DNA from: Candidatus Nanoarchaeia archaeon
Lineage (GTDB): Archaea > Nanobdellota > Nanobdellia > SCGC-AAA011-G17 > GW2011-AR18
NCBI GenBank assembly: GCA_035288845.1
Contig: DATDZB010000001.1
Span: 9,092-73,091, forward strand
Direction of reading: 5' to 3'
DNA length: 64,000 nt
Within the stretch, counting starts at the first letter, position 1, and every line of letters starts with the position of its first letter. The position numbers were made by a program, and so were the translations under genes. Positions 29,008 through 37,527 of the stretch are shown piece by piece. The notes beneath the pieces were generated by a model. The model was not told the DNA's origin. It searched no databases and was given only the letters and a program-made list of their open reading frames with translations.

Positions 29008-29652
29008 ATGGCAAAGAAACCAAAATTCAAAGGTAAAGTAGTAATTGATGATCCAGAAAATGTAAAAATTAATGATATTAAACCAAATATAAAAAGATCA
29101 ATAAGTTTTCAAGAAGGTTCTTGGTTTTATAACCAAATGCTTGTTAAGTTAAGCAACCTAACCAAGGATTTTATAAAGGGAATAAATGAAGATCTTGCTC
29201 CTCCAGGGGAAAAGATGACAACTGAAGCAGAATTAACTATAAATGCACATTATATGGAAAATGTAGTTCATGACTTACGGGATTCCTTTGACTCAAAAGT
29301 AGTAATGGGAACTCCAGGAAGCATCTTTAGAGAAATATACTATGAAATTGATTTCTCTGTTGAAGGAAAAACTGGTTTTTGTGTGGTTGTAAGATTAGAA
29401 GAAATAGAAACCGGAGTAGATAAAGATTTTATAAATAATTTAGGAGAGAAAAAGTTCGAAGATAAATGGAAAGATAAAGCTTCAATAGCAGCTATTTATA
29501 TGTGTGATTTTTTCCCAGAACAAATGTCTAGGGACTTTGGAAATAATTGGAAAGAAATATTTTTAACAAAAGCAGACGATTTAAGAAATAAATTAGCAAA
29601 AGAATTTTCAATAGGAAAAAAATATATTCGTTTAAGTATTTCTAAGTATTAA
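29008..29652 (+). CDS. Hypothetical protein.
   Basis: It is a 214-aa ORF. Confidence 0.4.
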   Translation: MAKKPKFKGKVVIDDPENVKINDIKPNIKRSISFQEGSWFYNQMLVKLSNLTKDFIKGINEDLAPPGEKMTTEAELTINAHYMENVVHDLRDSFDSKVVMGTPGSIFREIYYEIDFSVEGKTGFCVVVRLEEIETGVDKDFINNLGEKKFEDKWKDKASIAAIYMCDFFPEQMSRDFGNNWKEIFLTKADDLRNKLAKEFSIGKKYIRLSISKY

Positions 29653-29814
29653 TTATTCTAAATGTTTTTTCTTGTAAAGTCTTCTGTAGAAACCATATTT
29701 ATCATCAGGTCTAAATTTAGCAGGCTTAGGAGAAACTGCTTTTCCTCCACAACTACAAATTTCTTCCATTGTGTATTTACTACAAGAAGTGCATTTAAGA
29801 ATCTGATTTATCAT
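29653..29814 (-). CDS. nop10: H/ACA RNP protein Nop10, 53 aa. It is not in the ORF track.
   Basis: The sequence is MINQILKCTSCSKYTMEEICSCGGKAVSPKPAKFRPDDKYGFYRRLYKKKHLE. It has a zinc ribbon and a PAKFRPDDKY motif. It lies immediately downstream of aIF2alpha, which is conserved archaeal synteny. Confidence 0.75.
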   Translation of the reverse strand: MINQILKCTSCSKYTMEEICSCGGKAVSPKPAKFRPDDKYGFYRRLYKKKHLE

Positions 29815-30580
29815 TTTTCGCAAAATTCATTTCACAATTTAATTTTTTAGCTAAAATAACTGCTTCATCTAAAAATTCTTTTAATTTACCTTCAGCTATT
29901 TTGTAATCTTTAGAAATAACTTCTAATTTATATTTAGGCGCACCCAAGTAACTAACATTTACACCTTTATTGACTGCTTTAGATAATATACTTTTTATAT
30001 CTTCTAATCCATTACTATTATCAGATTTTAAATTTAAAATTCCTTTTACACTAACTTCTATAGGTTTTATCTTTTCTTTCACAAATTTATATAAGTCTTC
30101 AGAAAGTTTAGAACTGACTTTTAAATCTGTAACTGCTTTTTTATCATATTCAGATATTGCTTGGAAAAACATATTCAAGCTTCCATATTTTTCAATAGCT
30201 TTGTAACCAAGATCATTATAAGCAGCTTTAAGATCCATGCCCAAATTTTTCGCAATTTGTTCAACTAATTTTTCAGCTTTTTCTTCATTTTTATAATCTT
30301 TTAATTTATTTATTCTTAAATTTGTAGTAACTCTTCTTAAAGATAAATCAATATTTCCTTGTAGGTTAATATTAAGAACTTTACAAACAATAACTCTTCC
30401 TTCAGTTACAAAATCTCTTAAATTTCTAATTCTACCAGGTGAAATTTCTGAAATATGATTCATACCTTCTAAATTTTGATATTCATCTATGCTAACAAAA
30501 ACAGAATGCGGTAATATCTTTCTAACTGTACAAACTACTAATTCTCCAATTTCTGGTTTTCCTGGTTTCTTGTAAAACAT
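29795..30580 (-). CDS. eif2a: Translation initiation factor 2 alpha subunit.
   Basis: There is an S1 domain with GELVVCTVRKILPHSVFVSIDEY..EGMNHISEISPGRIRNLRDFV. Confidence 0.85.
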   Translation of the reverse strand: MFYKKPGKPEIGELVVCTVRKILPHSVFVSIDEYQNLEGMNHISEISPGRIRNLRDFVTEGRVIVCKVLNINLQGNIDLSLRRVTTNLRINKLKDYKNEEKAEKLVEQIAKNLGMDLKAAYNDLGYKAIEKYGSLNMFFQAISEYDKKAVTDLKVSSKLSEDLYKFVKEKIKPIEVSVKGILNLKSDNSNGLEDIKSILSKAVNKGVNVSYLGAPKYKLEVISKDYKIAEGKLKEFLDEAVILAKKLNCEMNFAKNDKSDS

Positions 30581-30625
30581 AAAAATAATAGAACTTAAGA
30601 GTATTTTTAAATATATCTAAATAAA

Positions 30626-30916
30626 TCATATGTTAAGTGCTATTTCCAACCTTTCCTCTTCATCCTCAATTATATTACTTAATACTTTACTAACAAACGA
30701 AATGAAAGATGATCCATTTCTCATTGGTCTTTTCTGTCCCCATTTTCTAAGTTTAATTAATAATTCCCTCTTATCAATTTCTTTTCCTTTTAAAATAGTA
30801 TTATGAAAAGGTTCAATTATTTCAAGAAGTTCAATACAATAAGTACAATAATCAGATCTTAACCCTTCAATTCCAAGACCACAGCCTTTACAATATTTGT
30901 AATTTGTTTTCTTCAC
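30626..30916 (-). CDS. Hypothetical Zn-finger protein inserted in the r-protein/eIF2alpha operon.
   Basis: The N-terminus has CKGCG...CTYC. The protein is 96 aa. Confidence 0.4.
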   Translation of the reverse strand: MKKTNYKYCKGCGLGIEGLRSDYCTYCIELLEIIEPFHNTILKGKEIDKRELLIKLRKWGQKRPMRNGSSFISFVSKVLSNIIEDEEERLEIALNI

Positions 30917-30957
30917 AAAAGTTTATTGCTTCTTGAATATTTAAATATTAGCTAAAA

Positions 30958-31140
30958 TCAATTTAAAATCTCAAGAACTTTAGCTTTAATTTTAGCCATT
31001 CCACCACTAGGTTCTGCTAGAACTTCATTGCAAACTAAACAATGTACTTTGGTAGTTGGAGCACTAAACATATTTTGCTCATTTTTACATTTATTACAAT
31101 GTACTTTTATAAATTTAGTTTTTGTTTCTTTAATTGCCAT
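30958..31140 (-). CDS. rps27e: Ribosomal protein S27e.
   Basis: The zinc ribbon is FIKVHCNKCKNEQNMFSAPTTKVHCLVCNEVLAEPSGG. Confidence 0.85.
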   Translation of the reverse strand: MAIKETKTKFIKVHCNKCKNEQNMFSAPTTKVHCLVCNEVLAEPSGGMAKIKAKVLEILN

Positions 31141-31142
31141 AT

Positions 31143-31457
31143 TTATTTCAACTCGAATTTCTTTGCTCTAAATCCTTGTTTTTGTTGTGTTGATTTATTG
31201 CAAACTTTACATGTATATTTTAATAATGATTTTTTACTTCCTTTTGCCCCAGTTCTTTTCCATTTTGAAATTGCAGGTTTACTTCCCCATTTACCTTTAT
31301 TACCAGCACCTCTTCCTTGACCTCTTTTCTTTGCTCTAGCAATAGATCCTCTTGAAAGAGTACTTCTTTTACCCATTGCTTTATAAAAATCTACTTTCTG
31401 TTCAGTAGCTTTTTTACACTTTGGACAATATCTATTCATTGCTTTAGGTATTTTCAT
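31143..31457 (-). CDS. rpl44e: Ribosomal protein L44e.
   Basis: MKIPKAMNRYCPKCKKATEQKV ... YTCKVCNKS. The true start is the internal MKIP of the listed 125-aa ORF. Confidence 0.85.
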   Translation of the reverse strand: MKIPKAMNRYCPKCKKATEQKVDFYKAMGKRSTLSRGSIARAKKRGQGRGAGNKGKWGSKPAISKWKRTGAKGSKKSLLKYTCKVCNKSTQQKQGFRAKKFELK

Positions 31458-31524
31458 ATTAACTTGGAAAATTAGTCTATTTATAAAGCTTTTTCTAAGG
31501 CTTTTTATTAAATAAAACAAATAA

Positions 31525-32142
31525 TTAAACTTCTTCAGCCCTATTATTCTTAATTAAAATTTCAGAAATCTTAATTGGTAAGTTAGCCATATCTTCAGCT
31601 TCATAAGGCCCATATTCATTTAAATCATCACCAACAAATTTAGGAACAGATTCTAAAAATCTAACAAACTTATTTTGTTTTTCTTTCTTTTCTTCTACAT
31701 TTTTAAAAGAGTTAGTTTCTTCTATTTTAGGAAGCCTAGAATGTAAAATATTATTCAAAATTCCATTTCTATAAAGATTAAACATTCCAACCATGCCATT
31801 ATACATTTTAATTTCTTCTTCAAGTAAAGCATCAACATCTGCCATTCTCTCTCCAGTTCTAGAATTAAATAAAGCTATTTGAATTATCTTAGCTTCTCTT
31901 CTTTCATATAATTCTTTAAGAATCATCTTAGTATTCTCTAATTGCCTTTTAGTACTAGCTACACTTTGAGAAGCAAAAACACTATCTTTCTTCTCTTGAC
32001 TGTCTAAAATTGCTTTTTTTTCATCCAGATATTTAACAGTTTTATTAAACAAATCATGATCTAGTTTTTGCAATTCTTTTTTATATTTCTCTAATCTAAG
32101 AATCTCATATAACTTTTCATAAGTAATTATTCCTTCTTCCAT
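31525..32142 (-). CDS. Possible GINS subunit (Gins51/Gins15-like).
   Basis: The N-terminus TYEKLYEILRLEKYKKELQKLDHDLFNKTVKYL resembles the Sld5/Gins51 A-domain start. The size is right at 205 aa. It is near other replication genes. Confidence 0.4.
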   Translation of the reverse strand: MEEGIITYEKLYEILRLEKYKKELQKLDHDLFNKTVKYLDEKKAILDSQEKKDSVFASQSVASTKRQLENTKMILKELYERREAKIIQIALFNSRTGERMADVDALLEEEIKMYNGMVGMFNLYRNGILNNILHSRLPKIEETNSFKNVEEKKEKQNKFVRFLESVPKFVGDDLNEYGPYEAEDMANLPIKISEILIKNNRAEEV

Positions 32143-32196
32143 AAAAACTGAAAAAATAACTTAAATTTAAAGATTTATATTCCATTGCCTACAAGA

Positions 32197-32583
32197 TTAA
32201 CTTTTTGTTCTTTTGTGCTCATTAATTTGTTCATAGACATAAACAGCAGTTGCATTAGTGATCTTGCCAAATTCAATAATTCGTCCCAAATAAGGTTGAA
32301 GAAATCTTTCTGGATTAGGAGGATCATATAAAGAAAAAGCTTCAAATCTAGCTAAATGTTCTAAATCAGCTTTAGGTATAATAATTCCTTTTTCACTGTC
32401 AAATTTAAAACGTTTTGATTCTAAGATCTCTAGCTCATGTCTAGTAAAACCCTGGAAAAAAATTCCTTCTTCTAATTGAGCATAATCTGTACCAGGGTCA
32501 AGTTTTAAAGCATCAAGTGGACTATGGGTTCTAGAAATATCTAAAATTTTGTAAACACCTAAAATACATTCTACACTTCTCAT
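32197..32583 (-). CDS. Hypothetical protein, possibly co-transcribed with the GINS-like gene.
   Basis: It is a 128-aa ORF. Confidence 0.4.
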   Translation of the reverse strand: MRSVECILGVYKILDISRTHSPLDALKLDPGTDYAQLEEGIFFQGFTRHELEILESKRFKFDSEKGIIIPKADLEHLARFEAFSLYDPPNPERFLQPYLGRIIEFGKITNATAVYVYEQINEHKRTKS

Positions 32584-32638
32584 GAAAAAAGTAATTTACT
32601 TCAATTTATAAAAAATTATATACTTTATTATAATTGTT

Positions 32639-33886
32639 CTATAAGAATTTAATAGCTTTCAAAACATCCTTAGCATATAAATTACTATAAGAACCTTTCA
32701 AAGCTTCATTTTCTGTAAACCTAGAAATACTATTAATTTTATTTTTTCCAAAGTGAATAAAAGGAATTAAATCAGCTGAATAAGTTCTTAATTCAGAAGT
32801 AATAGAATAATTGCCAGTAACAACAAATTCAATATCATTTTCAATATCTTTTAAAAATCCAAAGAACTTTTTATCTATTAACTCAATAATTTTTTTCTTT
32901 TCTAAAGGTTTATTATCTTTACTTGCAACAGCTAATTCTTTAAAGTGTATAATATACTTTTGATAACTTTTTTGTTTAAGTTCTTTAATACTAAAATTTA
33001 TTATTTCTTTTACACCATCAAATAAATTTTCATAAACATTTGAATCTTTCATTTCTGGATATTTAATTTCTAAAATTTGAGCTCCACTTAATTTTAAAAT
33101 TCCTTTTTCCATAGGACTAGAAACAATAGCACCCCAATTTGCTCTTTTAGGCAAAGAAATTAAACTAATTCCAGCTTCTCTAGGAATAACAACATTTGCA
33201 GGAAGTAAATATTTTTTATTTCTCTTAATATTTATTGGATGATTTTTTAATAATTCGTGACTTTGTTTAACAAATTCATTAACTAATTTAGCACTTAATT
33301 TAGAATTACTTGAAGGATCTAAAGCCCTAGCTTCATTTAACTTTTCTTTCTCAGATAAAGTATGAACGCCAAATTTACCAATTTTTTTATAAGAAGGATC
33401 AACACTTGTAATATTTTCTGAATAATTTCCTTTGAAAACTAAAATTCCTTTATGTCCAATTAAATGTTTAAAATCAAATTGAACACCTAGTTTTAAATTT
33501 CTAATTAAATATTCAGTTAATTCTTCAGCTTCTTTAGAACTTAAACTTCTTCCAACTCTTTTATCAATAATGTTTTCATTTTCAACAGTAGCAAAACTAG
33601 TGCTAAAAGCTAAATCTCCTTTTTTAAAATCCATTCCTTCACCAAAAGCTTCTAATGGTCCTTTAGCAAATTGATATTTTTGTAGATCATAACCTAATAA
33701 TGAAATTAAAGCATCTTGACTTCTAGGAATTGTTTTTTCATTTATAGAATAAAAACTCCCGCCATTACTTTTTGAAGCAAAATAATCTAAATTTGGAGTT
33801 TCTGCAGCTTCTAAAGGAGTTAATCCATTTAAGACCTTACAAGGTTTATCATTAATAGCATCAATAATAACTAGAATCTTAACCAT
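32639..33886 (-). CDS. apgM: 2,3-bisphosphoglycerate-independent phosphoglycerate mutase, archaeal type.
   Basis: The N-terminus ILVIIDAINDKP...LNGLTPLEAAETPNLDYFA and LISLLGYD match ApgM. Confidence 0.8.
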   Translation of the reverse strand: MVKILVIIDAINDKPCKVLNGLTPLEAAETPNLDYFASKSNGGSFYSINEKTIPRSQDALISLLGYDLQKYQFAKGPLEAFGEGMDFKKGDLAFSTSFATVENENIIDKRVGRSLSSKEAEELTEYLIRNLKLGVQFDFKHLIGHKGILVFKGNYSENITSVDPSYKKIGKFGVHTLSEKEKLNEARALDPSSNSKLSAKLVNEFVKQSHELLKNHPINIKRNKKYLLPANVVIPREAGISLISLPKRANWGAIVSSPMEKGILKLSGAQILEIKYPEMKDSNVYENLFDGVKEIINFSIKELKQKSYQKYIIHFKELAVASKDNKPLEKKKIIELIDKKFFGFLKDIENDIEFVVTGNYSITSELRTYSADLIPFIHFGKNKINSISRFTENEALKGSYSNLYAKDVLKAIKFL

Positions 33887-33944
33887 AAAATATCCTGCAA
33901 GTAAGTTAGTATTTAAGATTTATTCTAAAAGAATATCTATTAAT

Positions 33945-34826
33945 CTATTTTTTGTCAGCAGCTTCTTTTAACTTTTTAAGATTTAATTTTTTCATTTTCA
34001 TCATAGCTTCCATAACTTTGGGATTTTTTAATAACTTCAATACTTCAACAGAAGCAATTTGCCAGGAAACACCAAACTTATCTTTTAACCAGCTACATTG
34101 AGATTCTTCTCCACCTTTAAGTAAATTATTCCAATAATAGTCAATTTTTTCTTGAGAATCACAATTAACTAAAAAAGAAGTAGCTTCATTAAAATCAAAA
34201 TTATGTTCACCAGGACCATCCATCGCCATAAATTCCTGATTTTCTAAATTAAATGAAGCATGTGCTACAGTTCCTTCTTTACCACCTGGAAAGTTTTTAT
34301 CATAATAAGTAATACTATTGATTTTAGAGTTTTTGAAAATTTTAAGATAATGGTTGATTGCAGCTTCTGCTTTACCCATTTTTTTATCAACAAATAATAA
34401 ACAAGGAACAATTCCAGAACCAGATTTAGCAAGCATTAATTGCCAAGAAACTCCAAATTGATCTTTGAAAAAAACATATTTTTCACTAAAAGGATATTTG
34501 TCTAAAGGCATCATAATTTCTCCATTTTTAGATAATTTCTTGAAAAATTCTTCTAATTCTTTTTCTTTTTGGAAATATACAAAGAAAGAAATTGAAGGAT
34601 TAGGTTTGAAAATAGGACCACCATTCAAAGCTATAAAATCTTGACCTTGTAATTGAAATGAAATTGTTAAAACTGAATCTTTAGGCATTCCAAAAGCTTT
34701 AGAACTTGCTTCATCATATCTTAAAATATTTCCAGTTTTAGAATTTTTAAAAATAGAAGTATAGTATCTAACTGCTTCTTCAGCATTATCATCAAACCAT
34801 AAACATGGAGTTATTTTTTGCATCAA
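33945..34826 (-). CDS. Tandem VOC/glyoxalase-fold protein (PhnB / 3-demethylubiquinone methyltransferase-like domains, two copies).
   Basis: ITPCLWFDDNAEEA repeats as IVPCLLFVDKKMGKAEAA. Each half contains the GVSWQ motif. Confidence 0.6.
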   Translation of the reverse strand: MMQKITPCLWFDDNAEEAVRYYTSIFKNSKTGNILRYDEASSKAFGMPKDSVLTISFQLQGQDFIALNGGPIFKPNPSISFFVYFQKEKELEEFFKKLSKNGEIMMPLDKYPFSEKYVFFKDQFGVSWQLMLAKSGSGIVPCLLFVDKKMGKAEAAINHYLKIFKNSKINSITYYDKNFPGGKEGTVAHASFNLENQEFMAMDGPGEHNFDFNEATSFLVNCDSQEKIDYYWNNLLKGGEESQCSWLKDKFGVSWQIASVEVLKLLKNPKVMEAMMKMKKLNLKKLKEAADKK

Positions 34827-34884
34827 CTAATCTAGTAATGAATATTTATAAAATTGTCGTATAAAGATTATATGAATAGATTAA

Positions 34885-35472
34885 TTATTCTAAAGGAGCA
34901 TCCATAAATATTTTTTCTAAATTTCCGTAATTTGGAGCAAAAGGAAATCTCAATTGTCTTTTAAAATCTACAGCATCTTTTGCAAAAGCCATGTAACTAC
35001 CATAGTCGTAAATAAAAGGTTGTAAACCAAAGGAATTTATTGCAGCTCTTAATGTTCTTGGATCAGCTCTTGCTTTTCTTCCAATCCATTCAGCTATTCC
35101 ATTGTTGTCGTAATGAATTTTATTCTGGTAGCTAAAAAAAGGCATTGCATATTCATCAGGTAAATCCTCCCCATACAAACCATAATAAGCATGAGCTAAT
35201 TCATGAAATAAAGTATTGTCTCTAGAATACCCTTCCAAACCAGAACTTATTGAAATTCCTCCATTTTTAAAACATATTCCAGCTATCTTACTTTGTTTAA
35301 GATTATCACTAACTCTAACTTTCCATTTCTTACTAACTAATTCGACTATTGCTCTTTGATTTAATGGATGATCTCTAATTAATTGCCAAATTATCCTACC
35401 AGATTCCTTTTTTTGTAATTCTAGAACATGAGTGTTTAGTTCCATCCAATTATACCCAACAAGTTCTCCCAT
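34885..35472 (-). CDS. Putative zinc metallopeptidase (HExxH).
   Basis: It has the motif LFHELAHAY. The protein is 195 aa and its composition is atypical for the locus. Confidence 0.45.
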   Translation of the reverse strand: MGELVGYNWMELNTHVLELQKKESGRIIWQLIRDHPLNQRAIVELVSKKWKVRVSDNLKQSKIAGICFKNGGISISSGLEGYSRDNTLFHELAHAYYGLYGEDLPDEYAMPFFSYQNKIHYDNNGIAEWIGRKARADPRTLRAAINSFGLQPFIYDYGSYMAFAKDAVDFKRQLRFPFAPNYGNLEKIFMDAPLE

Positions 35473-35522
35473 AAAATAAGAAAAATAACTACCTTTATAA
35501 CAATTTCAATTTTTCAAAATAT

Positions 35523-36503
35523 ATGAAAGTTAAACAAATTCCAGAAGATTTTATTGTAGAAGAAATTATAGATTTGAAAATAGATGATAAAAAACAAGAT
35601 TACTCTATATTTAGATTAACTAAGAAAAATTGGTCAACTTTTAATATTATTGAAAAAATATCAGAAAGATTACAAATTCCACAAAAGTTTATTGGTTATG
35701 CAGGAATTAAAGACAGAAAAGCAGTAACTACACAATATATTTCCATTTATAAAATTAATAAAGAAAAAATTGAAAATCTAAAAATAGAAGATGTAAATCT
35801 AGAATTTGTAGGTTATTCTAAAGAAAGAATTAATTTAGGAGATTTAAAAGAAAATAAATTCAAAATTACAATTAGAAATTTAAATAAAAAGATTAAATTG
35901 CCAAAAAAACTACAATTAGAAAACTATTTTGATTCACAAAGATTTGGTAAAGATAATAATACACATGAAATAGGAAAATTAATTCTAAAAAGGAATTTCA
36001 AAGAAGTTTGTAAAATTCTAAATCTAGAAATAAATAACAATGACCCAATTGGCGCTTTAAGAAAACAGCCTTTAAAATTATTAAAATTTTATATTTCAGC
36101 TTATCAATCTTATATTTGGAATAAAAATTTAAATGAAATCATAAAACAAAATAAAAGTATTAAGACAATTAAATCAGAGTTAGGAGAGATTTCATTTTCA
36201 AATAAAAAAATAAAACCATTTAAAATCCCATTATTAAACTTTGATACAGAAGAAGATATAATCTTAACTAAAATAATGAAAGAAGAAAACATTTCTAAAC
36301 TTGATTTTATAATAAAACAAATACCAGAATTAATATATGCTTCTATAGAAAGGGAAGCATTTATAGAAATAAAAAATATAAAATCTAAATTTTCAAAAGA
36401 CGAATTAAATAAAGAAAAATTAAAATTAGTATTAGAATTTAATCTTCCAAAAGGAAGCTACGCTACAATGTTAATTAAGAAAATATCCTTATTATTACAA
36501 TAA
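35523..36503 (+). CDS. truD: tRNA pseudouridine synthase TruD (Pus7-like).
   Basis: The N-terminus MKVKQIPEDFIVEEI is characteristic of TruD. Confidence 0.65.
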   Translation: MKVKQIPEDFIVEEIIDLKIDDKKQDYSIFRLTKKNWSTFNIIEKISERLQIPQKFIGYAGIKDRKAVTTQYISIYKINKEKIENLKIEDVNLEFVGYSKERINLGDLKENKFKITIRNLNKKIKLPKKLQLENYFDSQRFGKDNNTHEIGKLILKRNFKEVCKILNLEINNNDPIGALRKQPLKLLKFYISAYQSYIWNKNLNEIIKQNKSIKTIKSELGEISFSNKKIKPFKIPLLNFDTEEDIILTKIMKEENISKLDFIIKQIPELIYASIEREAFIEIKNIKSKFSKDELNKEKLKLVLEFNLPKGSYATMLIKKISLLLQ

Positions 36504-36534
36504 TGCTTTTAATTTAAGATCATATTGCACAAGC

Positions 36535-37110
36535 ATGTGGGATCAATCAAGAGTAAAGTTTAGAATTGAAGCATTAAATATTGCCTATCTTTGTGCGAAT
36601 TTTGGAGTAAAAAGAGCAAATCCAAAACTTTCAGGAAACGGATTAGAATTTGATTTAGTAGCTGGAAAAAGTAGTCTTTTTGAATTAAAATCCAGGACAT
36701 TTCCAAGATTAGAATCAGCTAGAACACGTGAAACAAAAGATGGAACTTTAAGAAAAAGATATAAATCTGAATTTGAGTGGTGGGCATTAGATGCAGATCA
36801 AATAGCAGCATATTCAAATTGGTGTTCAGAAAATGATTACACTCCCTATTGGATATTTTTATTGGGAGAAACAAATAGAAGAGTAACTGATCATGTTATT
36901 TTAGGTGAAAATTCAATTTTAAATAGAGAAGTATATGTTTTACCTTGGGAAACACACAGATTAGTAAATATCAGCCCAAACGGCAGTTACCATAACATTG
37001 GATTAAAAAGGTTAAAAAATAATTATGGGTTTAAAACAAAAACAATACCTAAAGGAACAATTCATATTGAAGAATCAATAGAAAAAGCAGTAAAAAGATA
37101 TTTTGCTTAA
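36535..37110 (+). CDS. Hypothetical protein, possible PD-(D/E)xK-like nuclease fold.
   Basis: EFDLVAGKSSLFELK resembles a D..E.K motif. It may use a GTG/alternative start. Confidence 0.35.
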   Translation: MWDQSRVKFRIEALNIAYLCANFGVKRANPKLSGNGLEFDLVAGKSSLFELKSRTFPRLESARTRETKDGTLRKRYKSEFEWWALDADQIAAYSNWCSENDYTPYWIFLLGETNRRVTDHVILGENSILNREVYVLPWETHRLVNISPNGSYHNIGLKRLKNNYGFKTKTIPKGTIHIEESIEKAVKRYFA

Positions 37111-37169
37111 CTTTAATTTAAACTAAAGTCTTAGCTATGTTATTAAATGTTTTATCTTATAAATAAACT

Positions 37170-37490
37170 ATGAAAATAAAAATATTTAGTATTTTACTTA
37201 TAATGTTAATAACATTACCAATATCTCAAGCTCTAGAACCAGCAGAATGGTGGGGTTATTGTAATTATAAAATACATAATGATTCTTATTATCTAAATTA
37301 TACAGAATATCAAAATATATCTGTAGAAGAATGTTATGAAATGATGGAAAGTTTTCAAAGATTAGAAGAAGAGTTATATGGTAAAAAAACAAAGTGGTAT
37401 GAAAATATAAGTTACATTAAAGTAACACTAATCTTAATGGTTATTTCAATCTTAACTTATATAATATACAAACAATACAATAAAAGCTAA
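37170..37490 (+). CDS. Small secreted/membrane protein.
   Basis: There is a signal peptide plus a C-terminal TM segment. Confidence 0.35.
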   Translation: MKIKIFSILLIMLITLPISQALEPAEWWGYCNYKIHNDSYYLNYTEYQNISVEECYEMMESFQRLEEELYGKKTKWYENISYIKVTLILMVISILTYIIYKQYNKS

Positions 37491-37527
37491 TAAAAAACCT
37501 TTTAAACTTTCATTATTAATTCTATTC

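Noticed and set aside
29662-29850. 62-aa plus-strand ORF (MFFLVKSSVETIF..).
   Set aside because: It lies antisense to Nop10, whose sequence matches the family signature and conserved synteny.
31458-31520. N-terminal 21-aa extension of L44e in the listed 125-aa ORF.
   Set aside because: L44e family proteins begin at MKIPK. The extension (MFYLIKSLRKSFINRLIFQVN) is not conserved-looking and probably represents upstream untranslated sequence.
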